Shown here one piece after another: positions 11,759-30,407 of a stretch of 64,000 bases of DNA (positions are counted from its first letter, which is position 1; the number at the start of each line of letters is the position of its first letter). The notes below the pieces were generated by a model. The model saw only the letters and a list, made by a program, of their open reading frames with translations, made no database searches and was not told the origin of the DNA. Both the position numbers and the translations under genes were made by a program. The stretch spans positions 744,001 to 808,000 of the forward strand of contig MCFH01000001.1 of the NCBI GenBank assembly GCA_002104945.1, given 5' to 3'. The stretch is from Piromyces finnis finn (lineage: Eukaryota; Fungi; Neocallimastigomycota).

Positions 11759-12275
11759 TTTTAAGTATCTTTTCTATATATATATAATTATAAAATTCTT
11801 TCTTTTTTTTTTATATTTTGATTTTTGATTTTTTTGATTTTTTTTGTTTTTTTTATTTTTCTTTATAAAAATATATTGAAATTAATAATATAAATTATAT
11901 GTGTATAATGTTAATAAAATTATATTAATTAATTTTATGAATATAAAATTAAAAAATATTTTAATTCCAAATCTTATAGCACTAACCTACTTTTCTATGT
12001 GACCAATTTTAAAAAAAGAAAAAAGAAAAAATGACAATAATAATAATTATTATTAGGTATAAATTACTTCTTTTCAATTTCTCTATTAATATTAATTTTC
12101 TTTAATTGTTTTTTTAATATAATTTATATAAATTTAATTTATTAAATTTAAATAAAAAACTAAAAATTAAGAGTTTTTATTTTTATTTATTATTATTTCT
12201 AAAAGTATTTTTACTCTTTTTTTTTTTTCTTTTTAAATTTCTTTTTTTAGTTTTTTATTTTTTTATTTCTAATGG

Positions 12276-12306
<31 letters not shown>

Positions 12307-13096
12307 GGAAATTATAAAAATTTTTATAAATTTTTCTTATTTTAATTAAATGTAAATAAAAATGTATTATTAACAGTTTGCCATAATTTCATTAACATTT
12401 TTAGTCAGGTTACATCAATATTCCTGAAAAATATATTAATTAAAATTTAAAATAAAAATCATACACCCATAAAAAAAGATTTTAATTTAAATTTTAGGAT
12501 CAATGGGTTAGGTTATATATGTTTTATAGACGACAAAACACTATTGAAATACTTCAGTCTCTAGATAGGTTTATGTTTATTTTCAGAAATAGAGATGTTT
12601 AATAAAAATATTGAATGAAATTTCTATAAATATTTTTGCATTGCAATTTTTATTAAAATATATGCAAAACATGTACGTATAGCATTATTACAATTCTTTA
12701 TTATTATAGAGTCATTTTTTAAAATATTAATTGTTACATTATTAATACACCTAATAATTTGATCCAATATTCCTATTTAAAAACAATAATTTATAACGAA
12801 TGATAATATAGATATTCTTTAATTATTTATTATATCCATTTATTATTATTATTTAATAGTTTCATTTTCTTTTATTAGTTATCTACATAAATTAAAGTAA
12901 TAATTTTACATGATGAAATGAATAAAAAAAAAAAATAGTTTGCAATTAAGAAAATTTAAAAAAAAAAAAAGAATAGCTAATAAATAATTTATATTTTTTT
13001 ATTATTATTGTTATTATTCTTATTATATTCTTTTATATTAAAAAATAGATTTATATAGTATTCAATGATTATTATTAATAATGGTTAACTATTAAA

Positions 13097-17392
<4,296 letters not shown>

Positions 17393-19125
17393 TTTGTTCA
17401 AAAAATTGTTAAATATAATTATTTATTGTTGGGAATGTTTTATATTATACAAGTAATTATTATATTTTCCAAAAAAATAAAATTTTTTTTCTTCTTCTTT
17501 TGTTAAGTAATTGCAACCGAATAGGTTAGAATTTTGATAAATCAATTTTGGAATATATTGTTTTTATTCTTTTTATTATTGTTAATATTATTCCTGTTTT
17601 TATTATTATTATTTCTTAACTTTTTAAATTAAGTGTATGTATATATTAATAAAGAAAAGAAGTGATAATATAATTATGCATTTATTATATTTGGTAAAAA
17701 TCTTGTAAAGCTATTTCTATTTCGCTTTAGTGTAAAATATAATCAGTTTTTCTTTTTTTATTTTTCAGTAGTTTTATATATAAAATAAGAATTAATATAA
17801 TAAATAATATTAAATTCAATATTTCCAAGTTTATTGTATTGATATTTTACAAAAAAAAAAAAGAAAAGTTCAAAATTGGATTGTACATTGATTGAAATTT
17901 TGAAATTTGTTTCAAAAATTAAAATATAGATAAAATATTTATATCTAGTTAATATATATATTATTGTTATTATTAACTTGCATAATATTAAATATACCTT
18001 TGTTATATTCAATGAAAAAAAAATATTTACAACAATTGTACTTTTAACCTATTTCAATTCTTTATTTTTTTTAAAAAAAAGAAAAAAAAGAAAAAGAATA
18101 ATAAAAAAGTGGATTTGTATATAAATTAAAAATCCATTTAATTTTTGTTATTTTTAAAAAATTTTAATATATTTTAATTAATATTTTTTTTTTTTTTTAA
18201 TGATAAACAAGAAGGTAAAAAGTTTAATTGTATAAATAATAAAGTTTTTGATGGGAAGGTTTTGATGCCAATTCATATAATAAAATAAAAAATAAAATAT
18301 TAATAAAAATGAGCTTAAATCATAAAAAGCATTGTTTGCTGCTCATTAACAAAAAAAAAGTTAATATATTAATTTAGCTTTTGAGTATATTTTTGAATTA
18401 TAATATTTATTCATCTCTTATTTTATTAATAAAAAGAATGGTGTGTGCTTTCTTGATAAACTTTTTTTTTTTTTTTTTATTTTTCAGAATTATTTTAAAA
18501 AATTAAAATTTAATACTATTTTAATTCAGCAGCAGTAGCAGCAGCAGCAATCCATTATTTTGAGGATTGGATATAGGCAAAAAGTAAAAATAAAATATTA
18601 ATTTTTTAAAAGTTTAAAACCATTTTTTAATATTTAATTTTATTTTATAATATTTTTTTTTTTTTTATTTTATTTTTCTCTTTTCAACCTTTTTTTAAAA
18701 AAAAATAAAACATTATCCAAACCAAAGTTGTTTTTTTTTTAAAAAAAAAATATATGTATATATATATAAAATAAACTATTTCATTCCCTATTATACCATA
18801 AAAATAAAATTTATAGCACTTTTTATATATTCCAAACTAGATGAATTAAACCAAAATTAATAATAAAAATTAAATTATAATAATTATTGTAAATATTTTA
18901 TTAACAATAATAATAATAAATTAAGGAAAAACTATCCATTTCACTTTGACCTACTTTCTTTTAATATTTACATATAAACTATAATTATAAACTATAATTA
19001 ATAATTAAATATATCAAAAAAAAAAAAAAAAAGGAATTATAAAATTTTAGTCTGTAAAATTCATTGTTAACTATATTTAAAAAAAAAAAAAAGAAAAAAG
19101 GTATTTTTATATATAATTATTCATT

Positions 19126-19629
19126 ATGAAATTAAGAAAAAAAGAAACTGTAATGTATAATGAAGATCTTGGAGAAAAAGAAATGGAATCAGCGGGATAT
19201 TTAAGCAATGAAGAAGAAAGTTTACAAAATATTAATAATTCTGGAAATTCAAAAATTCGTACAAGAAGTACTCGTCGACAACAAGATATTAAGCAGCAGC
19301 AGCAGCAACAACAACAACCAACAAGGTATAGTCGACGTTTAAGAAGTTATACGGATAATGCAACAACAACAACAACAACAACAACAATAACAATAGATGA
19401 CCAAGAATCAACCAATAGAGTAAAAACTAGAAGTACATTAAATAAAAGTCGTAATAATACCAAAACAACTAGATATAATACAAGAAATGGAAATGACTAT
19501 GAAGATGAGGAAGAAGAAAATGAAAGTGAAATTAATTTAGATACCGAAGATAATATGGAAGAGAGTGTAGATGAAAGTGCTCTTGAGGATGACATAGATG
19601 AAATTAATGTGGAAACTGATGAAAATGAG

Positions 19630-19661
<32 letters not shown>

Positions 19662-21296
19662 CGATGAAGAGGACGATGAAGAGGAAGAAGAGGAAGAAAA
19701 TTTGGATGAGGAAGATGATGATGACTATCAAAGTCCCTCAAATTATTCAACGCGTAATAGAAAGCCAAAAAAAGTAATAAATACTAAGACAAAAGCCAAT
19801 AATAATAATAAAAGGGATAATAAAAAAAGTATAGCTGCTATTAAAAAAAAGGGTTCACCTAAAAAAAAAAGAAAAAGTAATTAAAAAATTTTATTAATAA
19901 TAGTATTGTTAATTTTGGTTATTATTATTATTATTATTTATTTATTTATTTTTATTACTATCATTACTATTTATTTTTATTACTATTTATTTTTATTTTT
20001 ATTTTTTTTTTTATTATTTTTTTTTTTTTTTTAGATTTATATATATAAAATGTATTCATGCATTTCTAATTAAAAAAAAAATAGTAATGATAATAATAAT
20101 TTTAATTATTAAAATTTTTATATAATAATACTTATTCAATATTATAATATTTTTTTGTTACATTTGTATTTAAAAGTGAGATCTGTTAGTGATAGGTAAG
20201 AATGCTAATGATGACAATAATAATATGATATTTTTTTTTAAATACCTATATATATATTATAATAATAATATATGTTAAATAATATCAAAAAAGCAAGTAA
20301 GCCATAAAATATATATATATATATTAATTAAATTCATTTTATATATATATATATATTTCATTTTTAAACATTATTTATAGTGAAGAAGAATTTTTGCAAT
20401 CACTGGAAGATGAAACTTATCGTAATCCATCGTTGAAAAGACCGGGAACGCTTAGACAAAGGCGTATGATGATGGAAAATTATGATGATGATGATTTATT
20501 AGAATTACCTCCAGGTAAAGATAGTATAAAGAATTAGAATAAAATGAATAAATTATTATCTTGAATATTGAATGCTCAACTCTTAATATCTTAAAAAAAA
20601 AAAAAAATGTGTAGAACAAAGTAAAAAGAAAAAAATTAATCCAGAAGAAGAAATGTTAAAAAAATCTGAAATGGCCAGACGTAGAAAGGATCAAAATGAA
20701 AAAAAGGAAGCTGAAATAAAAGTATATAGATATAATTTTATACATATAAAATATATAAAACTATTAAATATTTAAAAAATATATATATATAATAATAATA
20801 TTTATAACTAATTTTTTTTTTTTTTTTTCAATAATCATTACAGGAAGCAACCATTCAAAAATTATTAAAGAGACAAGCATCTAAAAATACAAGAGCAAAT
20901 CTTGAAAATGAACAAGTAAATATATTCATTAAATAATAATATGTAAATACAAGTAGTATTTTTATAATAACTTTTTTTTTTTTTGCAAAGGATAATAATG
21001 CCAAAAAACTACCGAATAAAATAAGATATCGTATGACTGCTAATGGTACTACCCTATCCTATCCAACACACATGACAAGCTATTATGAACATATTAATTT
21101 ACAATTAGGAATTTCTACCCTGTCAACATCATCAACATCAACCACTACAACTAATCCAAATCCCTTAACCTCACCTCTCATAAAACCTCGAGAAAAATGT
21201 TGTATTGTAGGTTGTCCAAATTTCAAAAAGTACAATCATTCTATTACCAAACAGCCCATTTGTAGTTTAGCCTGTTATAAAAAGATAAAGATTTAA
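19126..21296 (+). CDS. IES2: INO80 complex subunit B / Ies2 (PAPA-1 domain plus C-terminal Cys finger), acidic low-complexity N-terminus
   Basis: Spliced: TLRQRRM...LLELP...EEEMLKKSEMARRRKDQNEKK...EATIQKLLKRQ...IRYRMTANGTTLSYP...CCIVGCPNFKKY...PICSLACYKKI. Six exons including a 19-nt exon at 20177-20195. Confidence 0.85.
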
Positions 21297-21738
21297 TTTC
21301 TATACTAGCGATATACATATAAAAAAAAAAAGGTTATACTAGTAATTTATGAAATAATAAAAAGACTATTAAAATAAAATCACTGTAAATATAAATTTAA
21401 TATAATAATAAAAAGATATTATCTAATAAACAATATTCCTAAGATGGTATTTTTTAATGTTATAATAATAAGATTACCACTACCATTATTATATTAACCT
21501 ATGTAAAAAAAAAAAAAAAAAAAAATACTGAATTTTTTAAAAATTTTAAATATATATATATATATATTATAATAATAAAACGTCTTTTTTTTTTTTTTTT
21601 TTAATTTTTTTTTTATTTTTTCTACCTTTTTATTTTTGAGAAAAAAAATTAAAATATAAAAAATATTCAAATATTAGCAATTAAGGCTTAAAATAATTAA
21701 AGTTAAAGGGGGTTACTTATTTTTAAATAGTTATATTC

Positions 21739-21769
<31 letters not shown>

Positions 21770-22407
21770 TTTTTCTTTCTTATTTTAATTAGGTATTTAA
21801 ATAAAACAAGAAATTAATTTTTTAATATATTATTTACTTTTCTTTAAAAGTTATTCTATTTTTTTTTATATATTATATATAAAAATAAAAGGTAAGGAAA
21901 AAAAAATAATAAATTAAAATATTAATTTAAATTAACAAATTCATAAAAAAAAAATAATAAAATATCTTTTACTTTTACTATTTCTATAAAGGATTAATAA
22001 TACTCGCTTTAATTATTTTAAAAAGTTGTTTTTTTTTTTTTAGACTTTATATTTTAATTTTTTTTAATTTTATTTTTTTTTTAAAAAAAATAAAGGTAAA
22101 TTTAATAAATGTTGAATTCGTATTCGTTATTTAGATTTATAGATTGGCGGTTATTTTATGAATATTATATATTTTGGTTTTGTAAATTGTATGTTTTTCG
22201 TTATAATTATTTATTATTATTGCTTATTTTATTTAATGGGTTATATTTTCAAAATGATATGCTTTTTTTTTTTTTATTTTTATTATTATTATTTATTGTA
22301 TGTGTTTAGTTAATATTTATAATATTTACTTGATATTTTCGATTAATTTATAGTATTATTTTGTTATGCATTGTATTATTTTTTTTTATTATTATTATTA
22401 TTATTAT

Positions 22408-23569
22408 TTATTTGTAAGACTTTGATTGTCTATTATTGTTATTACTATTATTTTGTTGGGTGTTATTTGATAATTTATTTCTACAGAATTCTTGAACTTT
22501 AAATAGTACAGCTTTATTACGACTAACTCTTTGTTTAGTTTCTGCTGTTTCAATTGGATACTTACGATTAGTAACCGATAATAATTCTTGTATTAATTCA
22601 AGACGATTACTTTCTGGGTAAGCATTTAAATGTGCAAAGTTATTTTTTAATTCTGCATATTTTTTACTATTTTTGAAATCATCAAATTGTCTTTCAAGTA
22701 CTGGGAGTAATTCTTGTTTGGAAGCTTTAAAGCATCTTCTTTGACCGGCTTTAATAGCCTTTATACAATGACAACGAGTTTTTGTTGAAACTTTACATTC
22801 TAAAGGACTATTTATGCAAAGGTAGTTAGTTAATATGTTTTGAGAAGCCTCCAAAGCAGAATTATTATCTGGATAAATGGTTTCTTCAAACTTGATAACA
22901 TCCATAAAGAAAAATAGAATTTCTGGGTTATCATGTTTAAGTAAATATTCTAAAAAGTAAGCTAATGGTACGTTTGATTGAATAAGATAACCAATACCAT
23001 TCTTTTCAATTTCTTCAAAAGGAATATCAATGGCAGCATCATTTCCAAAGAAATCATATAATTTTTGAACCATAACTGGTTGAACAATTCTATCTAATGA
23101 ATCATTATGACGTTTATGAGTCATATTATAACTAGAGCTTGAAGATGTTGAGTAATTTGAATTAATATTTTCATTTAAATTTGGTGAATTATAGTTATCA
23201 TTTAATAAAGGTGAGTTTAAATCCTGAGTCCAATGGTGAATAGAAGAATCTGATTTTCTACGTCTTGTAGAAACATCAGCATGACTTCCACCATAAATAT
23301 TTTCAACCTTTAAACGAGAACCTGCACCAGTTCTAATGGCACAATCAACACCAAAATGAGATATTAACTATAGAAATAGAAAAAAATAAAAAATTAGTTT
23401 TTAAAGTTTTATTGAACTTTTATTTTTAAAATTTTATTATACTTACTTTTTGTCTAGAAATGCAATCTCTAGCTTCATAAAGAACTAAGTCGTCAAAGAT
23501 TCCTTTAGAAGACTTTCTTTTAGAACTACTAGTTCTTCTATTATATTGACCTTCAACAGCAGTTTTCAT
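22408..23569 (-). CDS. RGS (regulator of G-protein signalling) domain protein, 2 coding exons (23569-23447, 23367-22408)
   Basis: LAYFLEYLLKHDNPEILFFFMDVIKFE...ASQNILTNYLCINSPLECKV...CFKASKQELL..LERQFDDFKNS matches the RGS pattern F..FL......E.L.F......F....I...YL...SP.E. An extra upstream exon cannot be excluded. Confidence 0.8.
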
Positions 23570-26500
23570 TTTTGATATTTCAATCTATAAAATTTTTACT
23601 TTTTTTAATTACTATTATTTTTTATTATTAATTTTGTTAATTTTTTTTATTATTATTTAAAATACTTTTATTTGAAAGCTATTTATTTAAATTTTTTGTA
23701 ATTTTGTTGGTATTTTAATTTTTTTTATTATAATTGTTTTAACTTTTAATTATTATTATGTTTATTTCTTTATTAACAATTATTAACAATGTTGGTTTTT
23801 AATTTATTTTTTTATTACAATTTTTATATATCTTTTATTATTAGTTTTTTTTTTTTTTTAATTATTATTATTATTATTACTATTATTAAAACAAACTGAA
23901 GTAGTTTTAAAAAATAATTAAAATATTTACAAATTAATTTTATTTAAACGTATATTAAATTTATTTTTTTATATAACTACTATACAGATACAAAATTTTT
24001 TATTACTTTTTTATTTTTTTTAAAATAGATATTCTCTTTTATCTTTTAAAATATTGGAATTATCTTATTAATTCAATTTATACTTTTGTGTCTTAATTTA
24101 TATAAGTAATAGGTATTGAATTAATAATATCCTTTTAATATTTTATTTATTTTATTTTTTACTGTTATTTTTTAAATTTTCTTTTTATCAATTTATTTTT
24201 ATTATTACTTGGGTAAGTTCTTTTAACCTTTTTTTTTTATCAATTATTATATTAAACAAAGTTTTTTAATTAAAAATTATACATTAAAAACTTTTTAATT
24301 ACTATTGAATTATTTAAAATAAAAATATATATATTATGGAATATGTGTTTATAATAAAAAAAAATTGGTTTAAAGTTGACTTTTTTTTTTCAGTTCCACT
24401 TATATCATAATTATTATTAAAAAAAGTTTTTAATACAAAAAAAAAAAAGAATTAAAAAAGTTTAATTATAAAAATTTGTTGACTTTTTTTGCTTTTTATA
24501 TGTCTTATAGGATTGAATTCAATAGAATAATAAATAGAATAATGTATTATTAAAATGATAGATCACATTTTATTATTACATTGTATTATCCAATAATTAT
24601 TAAACTTTATTTGTATTCCGAATGAATATACAATTTTTGTCTATTCTTTTTTCACTACATAATATATGTTTTTGAATTTATTATTATATTTTAATTTATA
24701 TCTTATTATATAATACTATTTAATTATTTATAATAGAATGTAATTATTATATTGTATAGAATATATTATAATATATGTTCAAGTATTTTTTTATGTAACA
24801 ATTGTAGTTTTTAATAATTGATATTTTGGTTAAAAGGATTAAGGATTAATTAAATGTGTATTATATAACATTTTATTATAAATTAAGATTTATTATTTTT
24901 AAATTAAATTTCTAAATTAAACTTAATTTGTTATATTTTCTTAATATATATTTTTTTAATTTAATGTTTAGCCTATTGACTATTTTAATATATTATTAAA
25001 GTTTATTTTTATAATAAATTAATATAAAATATTTTCGTATATAAATTAAACGGTTTGCTCTATATTTCTATAGAATGATTATATTATGATTATATTATAA
25101 TCATATATTATGATATGTATAGTCATGATGGATGACAAAAAGCTGATAAAATTATTTTCTATCTTCTAACCCTATCACTACTACTCTATTTTTTTTTTAT
25201 CCTTTTTTTATTTGAACAAGGAAACTTTATTTATTATAAAATGGTAAAAATCATTTGGAAAATTTTGTTGTGATTCCTCCTTTTTAATAACAAAGATTTT
25301 TACTTAATATCTTGCTATAAAATATTTTTTATTATTATTTGCGGTTCATTTTATTATTAATAACTATCTATCATCAATATTGTCATTCCATTAATTATTT
25401 GTACTTTTCATTTGCAAAAAACAAAGTGCATGAATCATACTAAAAATATATTGAATAAATGCTTTATTTTAACCTTAATTGTTTATAATATTTCATTATT
25501 ATATATTAATAATTAGGTTGTTTCTTTATATATTAAAAATTTATTTTAAAAATTTTACTTTATGAAATGGATAGGGTTGACACTATAGCATAAAGAAATA
25601 AATAGTTTATATATTTAATTGTGTCTTTTTTTTTATTTTACTTTTTTACTATTTATGTAAGATTTATTTGTTTTTATTATTTATGACTAACCCAGTTTTT
25701 TATTTTCATTAATTATTATTAATATACATCGACTTTTATTATTTTTTATTAAAAGACTATATATATTAAAAGAATATTACTTTTTTTTTTTTTTTTTTGA
25801 AATTATTATGGTTAAAGTGAATTTAATTTTGTCTATTAACAATTTGATTATTCTCTTTAAAATGAACTAACATTTATCATTTAATGTTTTTTTTTTTTAA
25901 TAAATAGCTTCAAATATTTCTAATATTATATAGTAAATTTATATAAAAAAAGAAATAGATACCTTTCTTATATCGAGAGATAAATGACTATTTAATATAA
26001 AGCTGAATAAATACTCAATTACTGAAAGAATAACTTTTACTTAGGATAATATATAATAAAATGAAAAACTAATAAATTAAAATATTAATGGCTAAAATTT
26101 ATGTCTAATAATAATAATTTCTAGTATTTGAATTTTAAAAATTTTGAATAATAATGTTTTAATTTAAAATATTTTTTGATAAATAATAATATGATAAATT
26201 TTAATGTTTAAATTTTAAATGCTATTTGTAATGATAATATGAATTTTATGATAATATTTTAATTTTAAAAATGATATTTGTAATAATATGATAATGCTTT
26301 AATTTTAAAATAATAGTAGAGTTTTTTTTAAAAAAAAAAAATGTCTAAAAGGGTAATCTTTTATTTTTAATATTTTATTTATAATATTTTGAATCGAGGT
26401 GATTTTAAAATAAATAAAATATGATAACTAAAAATAAAAGATTTAAACTATTTATTTTTTTCCCTTTTTGTTAACAGTATTTTATTATGAATTTTGAATT

Positions 26501-27411
26501 ATTAAAGCAAATACTAATAAAATTATGTATAAAATTATTTGTAATTTGAATGTAATTTGAATATTAGAAATTAGATATTAATTATTATTTTTTTAAAAAA
26601 AAAAAAAAAGAAAAAAGAAAAAAAATAATAATAAATACTAAAATATTAATAGTTTACTATTAGTGAATAAAAATAGGCAAGTACTTTTTCTTTTTCTTCT
26701 TTTTCTACTTTCTTTTTTTTTTTTTTTATTAATAATAAATTTACCATTATTTTGTATCCAATAAATATTTTTAATAAATTAAATATTATTATTTACCCTA
26801 TAAATTTTCAAAATATTTATTTTTATTTTATTTATAATTATGAATATTATTGAATCAAAGTATATTATACTAATTAATTACAAGAATAAACTATTTTTAT
26901 CTTTGTTCTTTCTTTATTGTTACCTCTTAAAGATATCATTGTCAAATTTATAAATAGAGTGAATTGTGCAACATTTCATTCAACGACACTTTTTCTCAAG
27001 TTCCTGCCTAAATAATGAGAACTAAGCCTATAACCTAATAGTTTCATCATAGAAAAATATTATTATTTATTAATAGAACTTTCAACTTTTTTAGCATTAT
27101 CGACTTAACACCATTAATAGTATATTATTTAATTTAATCAATATGTTATTCAATATAAATAATATATAATAATATATATTTCAATTAATTTACTATTAAT
27201 ATAATATATGAAATTTAATTTATGAATATATTCTAATAATAAACTTTTGTACTACGATAGTTTGTGTAAAAGATAAAGATTAATTCCCAATTAAAAAATA
27301 AACATTGTTATTTATAAATATACTTTAAATATAATTTAATAGGAAGACAAAAACAACAGTATTTATAAACATATAATAAATATTAAGTTAAGGCTTAGAT
27401 TAAATACACTA

Positions 27412-27481
27412 TGAGAAAATTGTTGGAATTTTCAATAATTTAAACCATTTTAGTTTATTGAAAATTCCAACAATTTCCTCA
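27412..27481. repeat. Inverted repeat: 27-bp arms (1 mismatch), 16-nt loop
   Basis: Left arm tgagaaaattgttggaattttcaataa (27412-27438); right arm ttattgaaaattccaacaatttcctca (27455-27481). Confidence 0.9.
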
Positions 27482-28233
27482 ATTTTAATATACCAAAAAA
27501 AAAAAAAAAAGAAAATTGAATAGTCAATTATGGGAATAAAAAAACCTTTATCCCCTAACCCATGATTTTATTATTAAAGACTTCATCCACAACTTTGCTT
27601 AAAATTTTTTATGAACGATTGTCAATCATATGATTTAATATTTTCATTTTATTATTACAGTCTATTTATAGAAAAAAAGGAGATAATTGAAATTTTATTT
27701 ATTATAAATATATTGTAAAGTATATATTTAAAAACATTATGTTACACAGAACAATCTAAAAAAGAAAAAAGAATTTTTAAATATAAAAAAAAAGAATACG
27801 AATTATTCCTAATAATGAACAAAAGCTTTGTTCTTTCTCTATTTACAAAAAGAATGATGGTTTCTACTGTAATTAATGCTTTGAAGGGCATAGAAATACA
27901 TCGTTTAAGATATTGAAAAGTGGATTTGACCATTTTTCTAGAAAAATAAAAAGATCTCTAAGCATTTATAAAAATACCATTAAAACGAATTCTTTTTTAA
28001 TTTAATAAAAAAAAACAATCCTATTGTCAATTATCGATACTAATATTATGGATTATGAATAATTACTTTTCATCATAAATAGAATTTTATGGTGTTTTAT
28101 GTTTTTATTGATGGTAATAAAATCTCTATTAAATTCATTTCATGTTTCAGATAATGTAGCATTTTAAATATTATTTATAATATGAATTATTCATATTTTA
28201 ATTTATTCTATATTAAAAAAAATAGTATAATTA

Positions 28234-28344
28234 CATTTAAATACAGCAGCAACACTTTAGTAATAAAAGGTAAAAGCATTTAAATACAGCAGCAACACTT
28301 TAGTAATAAAAGGTAAAAGCATTTAAATACAGCAGCAACACTTT
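28234..28344 (+). repeat. Perfect 43-bp tandem repeat, about 2.6 copies
   Basis: catttaaatacagcagcaacactttagtaataaaaggtaaaag starts at 28234 and 28277, with a 25-nt partial copy at 28320. Confidence 0.92.
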
Positions 28345-30375
28345 TATTGCTTCTTTTCTTAACAAAGTTTAATTTTTATTATTATTATTAAATGAATGAG
28401 TAGTATTATTATATATTTATATATATTATATATTACCAAAATACATGTTTATATTGTTGTATTCTATTTATTAAAAGTTGTAGGAAGAATTAAGGCTTTA
28501 AAAAGTATAAATTTAAATTAATTTTTTATTTTAATTAATTAAATCTTTTTATATAAATCAATTTATTTTAATATATTTCATTTCAATATAAAATAATTTA
28601 TTTCAATATATTTTATTTCATTAAAAAAAACTATCCTTTTTATAATTTAATTAACTAAAAAAGGAAGTTATCATTACTCCACTTCAAATATAATATAAAA
28701 ATTAATATATATTAGAATATAATAAAATATATTATAAAATTATATTGAATTAGAATATAATAAAACAAAAAGTATATTGTAATTTAGAAACAGTAGAAAT
28801 AGTAGTGAAAAAAAAAAAAAGTATGGCTAGTATATAAAATGGAACAAAAAGATAAAGCTTCTCTTCTTTATATTATTCTTTCATCACCAATATAGGTAAT
28901 GAAAGAAAATAATTGCAATTTTTTTGTTCTACTTTAATGAAACATCTTAATGATTTATTTTCCACTTTATATCTACAAAGATCATTTCAATTTCCATACT
29001 ATTGTTCTATGTTAATAAACAATAATAATAATATTAATAATTAATGAGTATTCATTTATTTATAGTTACATAGAATAAAATTTGTTAGTATTATTATTAA
29101 CTTTAAATTATTTAAATCATCATAATAATCCACTATTCCGACAAGTAATAATAATAGCTAGCCTATAATTAGCCTATAATGTGGAATATGTTATAAAAGA
29201 AATAATGATGATGAATGGATGCAAAAGAAATGAATTTATCAAATTTTTTTTTATTTTAATTTTCAATATTATATGTTTCAGAAATTAATTTAATTATATT
29301 AAATAATTTAAATAATTCCTAAAATCATAAATTTCTATTATTATTATGGAAATTATTATAGAAGGATGGAAAATATTTTCGGAACTTTATTTATTATTAA
29401 AATAAAATTTCCAATTTTAAAAAATAGTAAATGGAAGTTTTTGTTTTGTCTGTAAAATAGAAATAAAAGAGGTAGTGTAGGGGTGTAAATGTTTTGAAAA
29501 ACTAAAATATCAACATACTACGATTAATTATTTTGTTAAAAATAATAATTATCAAAATAATATTTTTTATAAAGAAAATAGTAATTATCTCATTCTTAAA
29601 TAATACAATCTAATAATAGAAAGTAAAAGTCCACTCGTTTTCTTTCTTTTTTTTAAAAAAAAATAATTATTTAACTTGTATCGTCATCCAAAAGATTTTT
29701 TATAATTTATATTTAATAAAGTTTTAAACAAACACAAAATGAATATGGCAATAATAATAAAAATCTCCATAAAACTAAAGCACAAAAAAAACTTTATTTT
29801 TGTAACTGTTTAAATTTTTTTTTTTTTTTGTATTTAGAATTAGAAAATCTATTTAATTATTATTTAGTCATACAAAAGGGTTAAAAAGGTAATGAATCTA
29901 TTTGAGCTTTATTTAATTAGTAATATTTATGTAGAAATCAGGTACATTCACATAACTAGCTATACTTTGTAATATAATATCAAAAAACTATTTCTAATTA
30001 AAAAAAATATTAAATTTGATTCATTTATAAAAAGTTATTATTACTTTTTATAAATGAATTATATTTTGTGTTATTTTTTATTATGAAAAAATAATAATTT
30101 CTCAGTAAAAAAAGTTATGAAATATAATATATATTATTAATAGTTACTATTAAAAAAATAATCTTTATAAATATTTTTTTTATATGAAAAGAGTTTTAAG
30201 TTTTACCGCAAACGTCAAAAAAAAAAAAAAAATGCTCAAGAGAAATCCTAACCCGAACAATTTTTTTTTATACAAATTTTTTTATTTAAAATATAATAAT
30301 AATATATATAGATTACATATTTTAAAAAGATAAAAGATAAAAAAAAACATACTTAAAAAAGTATGATATTCTACA

Positions 30376-30407
<32 letters not shown>

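Noticed and set aside
17393-17401. TTG/GTG starts given by the ORF track (for example 17401, 16322, 33076, 53267)
   Set aside because: Artefacts of a prokaryotic start table; the real starts are ATG or the segments are internal exons.
19537-19731. Hydrophobic 64-aa minus ORF
   Set aside because: Antisense reading of the GAA/GAG acidic tract of IES2.
22109-22309. Hydrophobic ORFs in AT tracts (also 17758-18012, 37815-38042, 44612-44794, 61079-61336)
   Set aside because: F/L/I/Y/K strings arising from poly-T/A and TAT repeats, with no motifs or splice support.
26130-26320. Degenerate AT-rich repeat (also 58500-58590)
   Set aside because: Too low in complexity to define a unit; compatible with slippage.
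28234-28344. 43-bp repeat as a CRISPR array
   Set aside because: The units are contiguous and identical with no unique spacers, there are no cas genes, and the context is eukaryotic.
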